DNA of 64,000 nt. Origin: an uncultured Prevotellaceae bacterium (GTDB lineage: Bacteria > Bacteroidota > Bacteroidia > Bacteroidales > Bacteroidaceae). The DNA is taken from assembly GCA_900318305.1 (NCBI GenBank), contig ONKB01000056.1, positions 360 to 64,359 on the forward strand. Direction: 5' to 3'. A program made the position numbers and the translations under genes. Below, in pieces: positions 54,232 to 63,634 of the stretch; the stretch's first letter is position 1, and the number at the start of each line of letters is the position of its first letter. The notes below the pieces were generated by a model. That model was given only the letters and a program-made list of their open reading frames with translations. It did no database searches and was not told where the DNA came from.

Positions 54232-55326
54232 ATGTCCTCTGGCAGTATCCTGCGCAATCTCTCCCAAAATGTGTCTTCGCTGGAATATGCTTTGCAGCCT
54301 TTGGCGGTATATGCCGCCTCCCCGGATGATGTCGTCGTTGTCCACCCCAATATGATAGATACGTGTAGGGAGTTTTATCAGGACGACTGTTTCGACGGCA
54401 TACGTTTTGCCTCCTTGTCATCTTCTTTGGAAATGCCGGTTGAGCCCTGGGGATGGGATGTGGCTGTTATCCGTCAGTTGGAAAACAGCGGCATACCTGG
54501 CAGGTTCATGTGTTCGAAGGGTCAGGCGGATGTTATCAGGGCATTGTCCTCAAGAGAAAGCGCCTGTGTCTGTTTGCGTGAGGTAAGAAACAGACTTCCC
54601 GGGTTACCTCTCTGTGGTACGTCCGAGTTTTGCAATACCAGGGAGGAGTTATATGATAAATTGTTTTTTCCTGTCGTGCTGAAATCCCCTTGGTCAAGTA
54701 GCGGACGTGGCGTGAGAGTAGCTCTTGAACAGTTGGATGACAGGCTGGCCACATGGATTGACCGTGTGTTCCAAACTCAGGGCGCATTGGAAATAGAACC
54801 TTATTATAAGAGAATTGCCGACTGGGCGATGGAATTTTATGCCGATGAAAAGGGTGAGGTGACTTATACGGGCCTTTCCCGTTTTTATACCATGCCCACG
54901 TTTGGCTACATGGGTAATATAGTGGCCTTGGAAGACCATTTGTTGAGAGAATGGTGCCGGTATATGCCTTCAGCTGTTTTTTATGAGGTAAGAGACTGTT
55001 TGACAGAAGTGCTGCCGGCAATGATGAAAGGGAAATACACAGGGCCGCTGGGTGTTGACATGATGTTCTGTGAGGGTGATGAAGGCCAGGTGTTGCTTCA
55101 TCCTTGTGTTGAGATTAACCTGAGGCGGACAATGGGACAGATTGCCCAGTGCATAGCGGTGAAGATGCCTTGGGCGTGTCCGTCAAAATTCGAGATAAAC
55201 TATATCAGTACCCCCGAGAAGGCCAGGCAACTGCTCGCTGAGAGGGATAATGGAGATTGTCGTCTGCTAACCCCGTTGACAGAGAAAACCCGTTTTGCAG
55301 CTTGTCTCAGAAATGCTTGCAAATGA
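54232..55326 (+). CDS. ATP-grasp-like hypothetical protein
   Basis: 364 aa from the internal Met MSSGSILRNL. VVLKSPWSSSGRGVRV and GPLGVDMMF blocks resemble ATP-grasp nucleotide-binding elements. The upstream part of the tracked ORF is Lys-rich and overlaps the divergent promoter. Confidence 0.5.
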   Translation: MSSGSILRNLSQNVSSLEYALQPLAVYAASPDDVVVVHPNMIDTCREFYQDDCFDGIRFASLSSSLEMPVEPWGWDVAVIRQLENSGIPGRFMCSKGQADVIRALSSRESACVCLREVRNRLPGLPLCGTSEFCNTREELYDKLFFPVVLKSPWSSSGRGVRVALEQLDDRLATWIDRVFQTQGALEIEPYYKRIADWAMEFYADEKGEVTYTGLSRFYTMPTFGYMGNIVALEDHLLREWCRYMPSAVFYEVRDCLTEVLPAMMKGKYTGPLGVDMMFCEGDEGQVLLHPCVEINLRRTMGQIAQCIAVKMPWACPSKFEINYISTPEKARQLLAERDNGDCRLLTPLTEKTRFAACLRNACK

Positions 55327-55385
55327 ACTGTCTCCAGCTTCTTTCAGGTAAGGGAAAAGCTTCCTCAAGGGTGAAGACAGAGGAC

Positions 55386-57104
55386 TCAGGGTTTGTCGAA
55401 TCTGCCGAGCAGGTGGTATCTGCCTTTTTTCTTTAGGGCATAGATAGTGTATTTCCCTGTAGGAAGATGGGACAGGTCCAAAGTCCTGGTGTAAGGAGAT
55501 GTCATAACGGTCCTTTGGGTGACGTCGTTGACAAGAATGAATTGAGCATCGCTTTCAGGTAGCAGCAGCCGGCCATCTGCGGAAAGTTCCAGCTGACCAC
55601 CTGTGACAGAAGGTTCTCTGGCAGATTGGGTCGTGGTTGTGTTGATGTATGCCGGTTCGCTCTCAACCCCATAGCGGTTGATGGCCGTTATGGCATAACA
55701 GGGAAGCAGGTTGGGGGAGATGTCCAGTTTGATGCTGTAGGTGGTGGCCTTCTGCCATGTACTCATCAGACAGGTTCCGTTATCTGTGTCAATAGGAGTG
55801 TCATAACTCGAATATATGTTATACCTTATAGAGTTAGTGTCGGACGATGCTACTGTGTCCCATGTAAGGATGTAGCCGCTCTTGTCCCTGATGAGGCGAA
55901 GGTTCTGAGGCTGCCTGGGCTGTGCAGGGCTCTGCCATGTCATGGCAGGAGTCAATGCGGGAGTCTTGTAGAAATCATGCTGAAGAAAATTGTACACTCC
56001 TTTTTGATTGTTTGTTATGTATTGGGAGCGGAAATACGCTTGGCCGCCAGATTGTATTGAGCGCGAGAAACGAACTTCCTTCTCAATGACGCCAAGGTCC
56101 CAGTTTCCTTCTCTGCTGTCCAGTTTGTAGGCTGCCAGGCCGTTGACCACAGGACGTTCGTTGGAACACTCTTTCCAGTCCAAGGCAAACGGGTAGAAGT
56201 TGTTTCCTGCCTGAAAATACATCATTGGAACCAGCATATCCATGATGCCGTTTTGCAGCCACATCCCGGCATCTTGAAAGACGGTCCTGTAGGCGTTCCA
56301 TCCCCTTGATGACTGTCTTGGAAGGTCGTCGCGTTTCCCTACGGGTGAGCAGCTCAGCCAGACCCATGGCTTGACAGACTTTATTGCATCGTGGATAGTC
56401 TCCACAATATGTGTTACATTTCTCCGTCTCCACTCGTCTCGTCTCAGTTTGTTGCCATATTTCCTGTAGGTATGTTCGTCATTGAAGTGAATGGAATGTT
56501 CGGGGTATCTGATATAATCCAGATGTATGCCGTCGACATCATAGTTGTGAATAATTTCTTTGCAGATATCAGACAGATAGTCAGCTGTGCCTGGCATACC
56601 GGGGTTGAGCATCCAGAAGTCTTTTGTCTTGATACACAGTGACGGTACCCTTTTCTGCATGGCATATTTACCCAGTGCATTCGCTGTCTTGAAGTTGTGT
56701 CCGGGGAAGGCGACTACCCATGCGTGAAGTTGCAAACCTCGTTTGTGGCATTCTTCAATGGCAAATGCCAAGGGGTCGTAGCCTGGTGATTTGTTTGGCT
56801 GTCCAGTCAAACATGCGTCCCATGGCTCTAAGAGTGAGGGGTAGATGACGGTGGAGCGGATGCGGGTCTGAAAAAACACCGTGTTGAAATTAGCTTGCTG
56901 AATTTTGTCCAATGTGATGCACAACTCACGTTTCTGCTCCTCTGCGCTGCGGGCATCCCGGACTTTAGTGTGCGGCCAATCAAGTCCTCCCAAGGTTGTG
57001 AGCCAGACAGCCCTTACCTCCCGCTTAATTGTCGGGGTGATGATGGCTCTGCAAGGTTGCAGGAGACTGGCCAGGATGATAATGAGAAGAAACCGGACTC
57101 GCAT
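55386..57104 (-). CDS. glycoside hydrolase-like family 10 (DUF187) protein
   Basis: The signal peptide MRVRFLLIIILASLL begins at the internal Met. KREVRAVWLTTLGGLDWPH and VDGIHLDYIRYP blocks are typical of GHL10. Confidence 0.7.
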   Translation of the reverse strand: MRVRFLLIIILASLLQPCRAIITPTIKREVRAVWLTTLGGLDWPHTKVRDARSAEEQKRELCITLDKIQQANFNTVFFQTRIRSTVIYPSLLEPWDACLTGQPNKSPGYDPLAFAIEECHKRGLQLHAWVVAFPGHNFKTANALGKYAMQKRVPSLCIKTKDFWMLNPGMPGTADYLSDICKEIIHNYDVDGIHLDYIRYPEHSIHFNDEHTYRKYGNKLRRDEWRRRNVTHIVETIHDAIKSVKPWVWLSCSPVGKRDDLPRQSSRGWNAYRTVFQDAGMWLQNGIMDMLVPMMYFQAGNNFYPFALDWKECSNERPVVNGLAAYKLDSREGNWDLGVIEKEVRFSRSIQSGGQAYFRSQYITNNQKGVYNFLQHDFYKTPALTPAMTWQSPAQPRQPQNLRLIRDKSGYILTWDTVASSDTNSIRYNIYSSYDTPIDTDNGTCLMSTWQKATTYSIKLDISPNLLPCYAITAINRYGVESEPAYINTTTTQSAREPSVTGGQLELSADGRLLLPESDAQFILVNDVTQRTVMTSPYTRTLDLSHLPTGKYTIYALKKKGRYHLLGRFDKP

Positions 57105-57122
57105 GTAGTTGTTATGATAATA

Positions 57123-57247
57123 CAAAGTTACGATTAAGCGAGAGAAACGCCAAATCTATTTGAGCTTTTCCGAGCGTGAGAATACGGCGCTTGTCGACGC
57201 TTGACCCTTCAAGAACTAAAACAATAAGTTAAAGTTACGATTAAGCG
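57123..57247 (-). repeat. 125-nt dispersed repeat, copy B (inverted relative to copy A)
   Basis: The reverse complement matches 20106-20230 at 119 of 125 positions. Its TAACTTTG box (57123-57130, minus) lies 18 nt upstream of the ATG at 57104. Confidence 0.85.
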
Positions 57248-57298
57248 TTGCCCTCTCCCGATAACGGGAGACCCGGAGAGGGTGAAAAGACCATTGAC

Positions 57299-57335
57299 GA
57301 AACGCCAAATATATTCAAGTATTTTCGATATGTGA
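57299..57335 (-). repeat. degenerate partial third copy of the repeat core
   Basis: GAAACGCCAAATATATTCAAGTATTTTCGATATGTGA versus GAAACGCCAAATCTATTTGAGCTTTTCCGAGCGTGAG (57144-57180). About 24 of the first 33 positions are identical. Confidence 0.4.
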
Positions 57336-57432
57336 TAAATCCATCTGCCGCAAGAGAAAAAACGGAACTTGATGCCTCGAAAATTTATCAAAAAATACGT
57401 TTCTGCCATTTTGCCATACAATAGTTTTTTTT

Positions 57433-57440
57433 TATTTTTG
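57433..57440 (+). promoter_or_regulatory. -7 promoter box (TATTTTTG) for the OMP-queH-lipoprotein genes
   Basis: TATTTTTG preceded by a T9 run, 37 nt upstream of the ATG at 57477. Confidence 0.4.
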
Positions 57441-57476
57441 CAATCAAGAATTCAGTAACAACCTTTTAAAAGTATT

Positions 57477-57953
57477 ATGAAAAAATTTTTATTGTGTGCA
57501 TTGCTGCTGGTAGCCAGTGTCGGTGCAAAGGCTCAGTTTGAGGCCGGTACGAAGTATCTGGGAATATCTTCAACAAGTTTGGGATTGTCGTATAGTACCA
57601 GTGAGAGATTTCGCTTGAATTTGGAGGCCACAGCAGGTTATTTTGTAGCAGATAAAATAATGCTGAAAGCGAGTGTAGGCTATGACCACACGAGGAATAT
57701 AGATGACTTCTCCGCAGGATTGGGCGGCCGTTATTATTTTATAGAGAATGGCATTTTTATGGGCGCAGGTGCGGAGTTTGTACATTTCACCCCAAGTAGC
57801 AATGACCTGATGATTCCTGTGGAGGTAGGTTATGCGTTCTACCTGAATCACTATATCACTATTGAACCCTCTGTATACTACAAGATGAGCATTGACAGCT
57901 TCAGCCGGAAAAGTACAGTGGGCTTGAAAGTGGGCTTTGGCTTCTACTTTTAG
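57477..57953 (+). CDS. small outer-membrane beta-barrel protein
   Basis: 158 aa with the signal peptide MKKFLLCALLLVASVGAKAQ, alternating amphipathic beta-strands and a C-terminal GFGFYF. Confidence 0.7.
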   Translation: MKKFLLCALLLVASVGAKAQFEAGTKYLGISSTSLGLSYSTSERFRLNLEATAGYFVADKIMLKASVGYDHTRNIDDFSAGLGGRYYFIENGIFMGAGAEFVHFTPSSNDLMIPVEVGYAFYLNHYITIEPSVYYKMSIDSFSRKSTVGLKVGFGFYF

Positions 57954-57979
57954 TCACGGCTTCAGGAGGGATTCACCGT

Positions 57980-58567
57980 ATGCTGCTGGTTATGCCTGAC
58001 GGGACAAAGGCATGCGGTACCGAAGTGGTGCTGCATGCCTGTTGTGCACCATGTAGCGCTGCCATAATAGAAAGTATGCTGCAGAATGGGATGAACCCCA
58101 TTGTGTTTTTCTCCAATCCTAATATCTATCCTCTTCAAGAATACGAAATCCGGAAAGAGGAGCTGAAACGTTTCCTCAGGGACTTGGATATCCCGTTTTA
58201 TGAGGACGATTATGATTATGATGTATGGCTCGAGGAGATGACAGGACTTGAGTCGGAGCCAGAGCGCGGCCGCCGGTGTTCCAGATGTTTTCTGCTACGC
58301 TTGAACCGTACAGCTTCCTTTGCTGAGAGCCATCATGTCCGCTGGTTTACAACCACGCTTTCATCTTCCCGGTGGAAGGATTATAACCAGATAGTGGCCG
58401 CCGGGAATCAGGCTGCGAGGAACCATGAAGGGCTGGACTTCTGGCCACAGAACTGGCGTAAAGGCGGACTGCAGCAACGGCGTGCAGAGTTGTTGCGTGA
58501 GAATAATTTTTACAACCAATTGTATTGCGGATGTGAGTTTAGCCTCAGATCCAGAGAACAGAAATAG
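57980..58567 (+). CDS. queH: epoxyqueuosine reductase QueH (DUF208)
   Basis: 195 aa with the HACCAPCS motif and C-terminal Cys residues (YCGCEFS). Confidence 0.8.
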   Translation: MLLVMPDGTKACGTEVVLHACCAPCSAAIIESMLQNGMNPIVFFSNPNIYPLQEYEIRKEELKRFLRDLDIPFYEDDYDYDVWLEEMTGLESEPERGRRCSRCFLLRLNRTASFAESHHVRWFTTTLSSSRWKDYNQIVAAGNQAARNHEGLDFWPQNWRKGGLQQRRAELLRENNFYNQLYCGCEFSLRSREQK

Positions 58568-58568
58568 A

Positions 58569-59147
58569 ATGCTGATGAAAAGATTGTTTTACTTACTTGT
58601 TGTTTTTCTTTGTATGGCATGTGGTAAAAGCAGGATACCTGACGGTTATTACCATAACAAGGATGCTACGGCTTTTACTTGCAGGTATTTTCAGGTGAAA
58701 GGTGACACATTAATATGGTGCAATGATTTCAGGAAACCGTCCAAGGCTTTTAAGTATGAGTTGTCAGGCGGCGAGATAAGGGCAAAATGTCTGACAGAGG
58801 ACGAGCGTCTTATAAAGAAATATAAGTTTGTTGACGATAGTATAATTGTTGAGAAAGAGATGTTTGTTCCTTTTAATCCAAATGTCAATAAAGTGGCTGA
58901 GGGCCATTATGAGAATTATTTGTCTGTGCCCTTGAAGACATTGAATGTCAGGATTTATGGCGATTCCATGGAGATGAAATACTACAGGTATGACGAACTG
59001 CTACGTACTACACGCAGTAGGATATATGTGAAAGACAGCAGGACATTGGTAGTAATATCCAAGGATACTATAAAGAATGAGAGTGTCTTTATGAATCTGT
59101 CGGACGGATTTATGTTGGACGAGGAAAGGTTCGTGAGAACAGACTGA
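58569..59147 (+). CDS. lipoprotein, hypothetical
   Basis: The internal Met start gives MLMKRLFYLLVVFLCMACGK (lipobox). It begins 1 nt after the queH stop. Confidence 0.6.
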   Translation: MLMKRLFYLLVVFLCMACGKSRIPDGYYHNKDATAFTCRYFQVKGDTLIWCNDFRKPSKAFKYELSGGEIRAKCLTEDERLIKKYKFVDDSIIVEKEMFVPFNPNVNKVAEGHYENYLSVPLKTLNVRIYGDSMEMKYYRYDELLRTTRSRIYVKDSRTLVVISKDTIKNESVFMNLSDGFMLDEERFVRTD

Positions 59148-59164
59148 CCCAGTAAGCTGTTTCC

Positions 59165-61975
59165 TTAGTTTTTTATATTCAGTTTTTCCGCAAGGAATCT
59201 TGCGGTGTGGCTGTTGGTACACCGGATAATCTCCTCTGGGGTGCCGCAGGCGATGAGGGAACCTCCTTCTTGTCCTCCCTCTGGTCCCAGGTCAATGATG
59301 TAATCGGCATTCTTAATAATCTCCATGTTGTGTTCAATGATGACCAGCGTATGTCCGCGTTGGACGAGTGCGTTGAAGGCTTTGAGAAGGATATGGATGT
59401 CATGGAAATGCAGTCCTGTAGTCGGTTCGTCAAAAATAAAGAGTGTGGGTTGCGCCTGTTCGGTGGACAGGTAATAAGCCAGTTTCACCCGCTGATTCTC
59501 GCCTCCTGAGAGCGTTGACGACGGCTGCCCCAGTTTGATGTATCCTAAACCCACATCCTGCAGGGGCTTTATTTTCTGGGCGATGCCGTTCTTTTTGTGG
59601 ACAAGGAAAAAATCAATGGCTTCGTCAACCGTCATGTTCAGTATGTCGTAGATATTCTTTCCCTGGAAGGTGACGTCCAGGACATCATGTTTGAACCGTT
59701 TTCCGTGACACTCCTCGCATTCCAAGGTCAAGTCTGCCATGAACTGCATGGGAACCTTTATGTAGCCTTCTCCTTTACAGTTCTCACAACGGCCACCTTC
59801 AGCATTGAACGAGAAGAAAGTGGCAGAGAATCCCATTTGTCTGGAGAGTTGCTGTTCTGCCATCAGTTTGCGGATATCATCGTAGGCCTTGATGTAGGTT
59901 ACAGGATTGCTGCGAGTGGATTTTCCGATGGATTCCTGATTAATAAACGTGACGCCGGTAATAGCATCGAGGTCTCCCTCTAAGGAAAGGTGTTCCCCTG
60001 GGCGTTCGGTAACTTCGTCAAAATGACGACGCAAGGCTCTGTACAGGATATTGCTGACCAATGTGCTTTTTCCGGAACCACTCACTCCCGTAACTACGGT
60101 AATGACATTCAGAGGGAACTTGACATCAATGCCTTTGAGGTTGTTGGCACGGGCGCCCTTAATCTCAATATATCTGTTCCAATGCCTGCGAGTAGCTGGG
60201 ACACTGATTTGTTCCTCTCCCAGGAGATAGCGTACGGTATGGCTGTTGCTTCCTTTCTGGAGTTTTTTTGTGTCACCTTCATAGATAACAGTTCCTCCGA
60301 ACTGTCCTGCACCTGGTCCAATGTCAATGATATAATCAGCTGCACGGATTACTTCCTCGTCATGTTCTACGACAATGATGGTGTTGCCTAATTTCTGAAG
60401 TTCCCTTAACACATGGATAAGGTTGGCTGTATCGCGGCTATGAAGTCCTATGCTTGGCTCATCCAATATGTATAAAGACCCGATAAGGCTGCTCCCGATA
60501 GAGGTGGATATATTGATGCGCTGATTCTCACCGCCCGAAAGTGTGTTGGCAGGGCGGTTAAGGGTGAGATAGCCCAGTCCTACCTCTTTCATGATTCTAA
60601 GACGGCTTGTGATTTCTTTCATAAGACGTTCGCCTATCTGTGCATCTTGCCTGCTGAGTTTCAAATTGGCAAAAAACACGATGAGTTCCTCTATTGACAT
60701 GGCGCAAAGGTCAGAGATACTCTTGCCTCCAACTTTGACATACTCTGCCTCCTTTTTCAGCCTTCTTCCATGACATGTGGGACATGTCGTTTTTCCACGG
60801 TAGTGAGCCAGCATTACACGGTACTGAATCTTATATTGCTGTTTTTTTACCATTTGGAAAAAAGCATCGATACTGACTTGCTCTTCCTCGGGTAATGCCT
60901 GTTCCCTGGCATCGCCATGCCAGAGATGGTCTTTTTGCTCGGATGTCAGCAGATAGTAGGGCTCGAAAATAGGAAAGTCTCGTAGGGCTGCCCTGCGGCA
61001 GAATTCATTTTTCCACATATTCATCTTGTCACCACGCCAGCATACGACAGCACCGTCATAAACACTTTTGGTAGAATCAGGAATTACCAGAGTCTCGTCA
61101 ATGCCGATGGTTTGTCCGAATCCCTCACATGTAGGACAGGCACCGGCTGGTGAGTTGAATGAAAAGAGGGTGTCGGATGGCTCCTCAAAATGGATGTTGT
61201 CCATTTCGTACTTTGTGGAAAAACAACGTGTCTCTTTTGACGGATAGAAACGGAGCAAACAAGTATCCTGACCCTCGTAGAAGGCGGTTTCCACAGAATC
61301 TTTCAGGCGTGAAAATAATGCTTTGTCATCTTTGACGCTGAGGCGGTCTATGAGAAGGAAAGCGTTCTCCTGTGTTGTTGACAATTGCAACTTCTCATTG
61401 TTGAGCCAGTCTTCTATGTCAACGATTTCGCCATCAAGGTCAATTCTTGAAATGCCTTGCAAAAGTTCTATTCGCAGCTGTTCCGACAGGGTACGTCCTT
61501 CTGCGACATGGATGGGAGCCAATATGGTGAAGCGTGTACCCTCCTCATATTTTTTTATGCACTCGATAACATCCTCAAAAGTATGGCGTTTGACTTCCTT
61601 TCCACTCACGGGAGAATATGTATGGCCAATGCGGGCATAAAGCATACGCAAGTAGTCGTATATTTCAGTGGCAGTTCCTACGGTGGAACGGCTATTGCGA
61701 TTGCCGCTTTTCTGCTCAATGGCAATTGCCGGCGGGATACCTTTTATGTATTCGCATTCGGGTTTTTTCATTCGCCCGAGAAACTGCCGGGCATAGGATG
61801 AGAGGCTCTCAACATAGCGACGCTGTCCTTCGGCATAGAGCGTATCAAAGGCAAGACTTGACTTGCCTGATCCTGATACTCCCGTGATGACAATCAATTT
61901 GTTGCGTGGAATCTCTATGTCAATGTTTTTCAGGTTATTGACGCGGATGCCTTTGGCAATTATATTTTGATTCAT
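59165..61975 (-). CDS. uvrA: excinuclease ABC subunit A
   Basis: 936 aa with GVSGSGKSSLAFDTLYAEGQRRY, two ABC modules and CxxC zinc-finger pairs. Confidence 0.95.
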   Translation of the reverse strand: MNQNIIAKGIRVNNLKNIDIEIPRNKLIVITGVSGSGKSSLAFDTLYAEGQRRYVESLSSYARQFLGRMKKPECEYIKGIPPAIAIEQKSGNRNSRSTVGTATEIYDYLRMLYARIGHTYSPVSGKEVKRHTFEDVIECIKKYEEGTRFTILAPIHVAEGRTLSEQLRIELLQGISRIDLDGEIVDIEDWLNNEKLQLSTTQENAFLLIDRLSVKDDKALFSRLKDSVETAFYEGQDTCLLRFYPSKETRCFSTKYEMDNIHFEEPSDTLFSFNSPAGACPTCEGFGQTIGIDETLVIPDSTKSVYDGAVVCWRGDKMNMWKNEFCRRAALRDFPIFEPYYLLTSEQKDHLWHGDAREQALPEEEQVSIDAFFQMVKKQQYKIQYRVMLAHYRGKTTCPTCHGRRLKKEAEYVKVGGKSISDLCAMSIEELIVFFANLKLSRQDAQIGERLMKEITSRLRIMKEVGLGYLTLNRPANTLSGGENQRINISTSIGSSLIGSLYILDEPSIGLHSRDTANLIHVLRELQKLGNTIIVVEHDEEVIRAADYIIDIGPGAGQFGGTVIYEGDTKKLQKGSNSHTVRYLLGEEQISVPATRRHWNRYIEIKGARANNLKGIDVKFPLNVITVVTGVSGSGKSTLVSNILYRALRRHFDEVTERPGEHLSLEGDLDAITGVTFINQESIGKSTRSNPVTYIKAYDDIRKLMAEQQLSRQMGFSATFFSFNAEGGRCENCKGEGYIKVPMQFMADLTLECEECHGKRFKHDVLDVTFQGKNIYDILNMTVDEAIDFFLVHKKNGIAQKIKPLQDVGLGYIKLGQPSSTLSGGENQRVKLAYYLSTEQAQPTLFIFDEPTTGLHFHDIHILLKAFNALVQRGHTLVIIEHNMEIIKNADYIIDLGPEGGQEGGSLIACGTPEEIIRCTNSHTARFLAEKLNIKN

Positions 61976-61998
61976 AAGTTTGGTGCACTATTAAAAGA

Positions 61999-62006
61999 CA
62001 AAGTTA
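61999..62006 (-). promoter_or_regulatory. -7 promoter box (TAACTTTG) for uvrA
   Basis: The minus strand reads TAACTTTG, 24 nt upstream of the ATG at 61975. Confidence 0.4.
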
Positions 62007-62018
62007 GGAAATAATTTG

Positions 62019-62026
62019 TACTTTTG
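62019..62026 (+). promoter_or_regulatory. -7 promoter box (TACTTTTG) for the second GHL10-like gene
   Basis: TACTTTTG 23 nt upstream of the ATG at 62049. It sits back to back with the uvrA promoter. Confidence 0.4.
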
Positions 62027-62048
62027 TAGAAATATAAACAACAACCCG

Positions 62049-63548
62049 ATGAAGAAAATTGCAATTTTAGTACTTTGTGCGCTATCTTTTATTTCTGACG
62101 CATGGAGTCAGACATCTCCCAAGAGGGAGTTTCGTGGAGCATGGATACAATGTGTCAACGGCCAGTGGTTAGGTTTGTCGACAGAACAGATGCAGCAGCG
62201 TCTGACTAGTCATCTTGATGCCTTGCAACGAATTAATGTGAATGCTGTGATGTTTCAGGTACGAGCTGAGGCCGATGCACTATACCAGAGTCCATACGAG
62301 CCATGGAGCCGATTTCTGACAGGCAATCAAGGAACTGCACCGAATCCGTATTGGGATCCCTTGCAATGGATGGTAGAGCAATGTCATAAGAGAGGCATGG
62401 AATGCCATGCTTGGATAAATCCTTATCGGGCAAAGACAAAAGATACACACCAATTGTCCACAATGCATCCTTATGTTCAGCATCCGGAGCGTTTCTTCAA
62501 ATATGGCGACTTGCTGATTTTTCATCCTGGATTAAAGGAGAATAGGGATTATATTTGTAAAATAGTTCATGACATCATAGCCCGTTATGATGTAGACGGT
62601 CTTCACATGGACGATTACTTCTATCCTTATCCTCAGGCTGGGGTGGTTATTCCTGATGCGGAGCAATTCAGACAGTTTGGTGGCGGATTCTCCTCCATAG
62701 AGGATTGGCGCCGTGACAATGTCAACAGGTTGATACAGGAATTGCATGACACAATCCGTGCGGTGAAACCATGGGTTAAGTTTGGTGTCTCCCCCTTCGG
62801 TATATACCATAACCACCATGATGGTGACGTTATTCCAGGCAGTGCTACTCGGGGAAGTGAGAATTACAATGCCTTATATGCCGATGTACTTAAATGGGTG
62901 AATAATGGCTGGGTGGATTACAATATTCCTCAGTTGTATTGGAATATCGGGTTCAAAATTGCCGATTATGAGGTGCTTGTTGATTTCTGGTCAAAATATG
63001 CCTCAAACAGACCGCTCTACATAGGACAGAGCATCCTCAATTCCATGAAGGAGCCAGATCCGAAGAATCCTTCCCAGAACCAACTCCCGGCAAAGTTGGA
63101 TTTGCAGCGCAACACGCCGCATGTTGACGGAAGTTGTATATGGTATTCTGCGGTTATTGCCGAGAATAATGGCGGTTGCACGGATTACCTGGCATCTACA
63201 TATTATAAATACCCGGCACTTCAACCTTTGATGCCTTTTATTGATGCCAAGGCACCAGGTAAAGTGAAAGGATTAAGTGCGCGTTGGATGCCTGACGGCT
63301 ATTATCTGATGTGGTTGGAGCCTAAGTCAGTTTCTGAGTTAGACAGGGCGACTCGCTATGTAGTTTATCGCTTTGCCAAGGGAGAGACTGTCAATACGGA
63401 AGATCCTTCCCGTATCATGATGATAACTGACCAGACATGTGTGAAACTGCCTTATTCGGGAGGGAAAGAAAAATATGTATATATTGTGACAGCTTTGGAT
63501 CGTCTGCAGAATGAATCTAAGGCGATGAAGAGAAAAGTTAAGTTATAA
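62049..63548 (+). CDS. glycoside hydrolase-like family 10 (DUF187) protein, paralog
   Basis: The signal peptide MKKIAILVLCALSFISDAWSQ begins at the internal Met. PKREFRGAWIQ and VDGLHMDDYFYP blocks parallel those of 55386..57104. Confidence 0.7.
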   Translation: MKKIAILVLCALSFISDAWSQTSPKREFRGAWIQCVNGQWLGLSTEQMQQRLTSHLDALQRINVNAVMFQVRAEADALYQSPYEPWSRFLTGNQGTAPNPYWDPLQWMVEQCHKRGMECHAWINPYRAKTKDTHQLSTMHPYVQHPERFFKYGDLLIFHPGLKENRDYICKIVHDIIARYDVDGLHMDDYFYPYPQAGVVIPDAEQFRQFGGGFSSIEDWRRDNVNRLIQELHDTIRAVKPWVKFGVSPFGIYHNHHDGDVIPGSATRGSENYNALYADVLKWVNNGWVDYNIPQLYWNIGFKIADYEVLVDFWSKYASNRPLYIGQSILNSMKEPDPKNPSQNQLPAKLDLQRNTPHVDGSCIWYSAVIAENNGGCTDYLASTYYKYPALQPLMPFIDAKAPGKVKGLSARWMPDGYYLMWLEPKSVSELDRATRYVVYRFAKGETVNTEDPSRIMMITDQTCVKLPYSGGKEKYVYIVTALDRLQNESKAMKRKVKL

Positions 63549-63560
63549 TATCTGATTAAC

Positions 63561-63614
63561 AAGCCGACCGGCACAAGAGTACCTTAGAAACGGGTTTCTT
63601 GTGCCGGTCGGCTT
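63561..63614. terminator. bidirectional stem-loop between convergent genes
   Basis: Perfect 18-bp arms AAGCCGACCGGCACAAGA / TCTTGTGCCGGTCGGCTT with an 18-nt loop. Confidence 0.7.
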
Positions 63615-63634
63615 AATCTAAGATAAGTAGGATA

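Noticed and set aside
20106-57247. Whether the inverted 125-nt repeats delimit a composite transposon or genomic island.
   Set aside because: The interior is almost entirely core metabolism (metA, lys, thr, nifJ). I saw no transposase, integrase, tRNA target or conjugation genes. The repeats are better explained as dispersed promoter-bearing elements.
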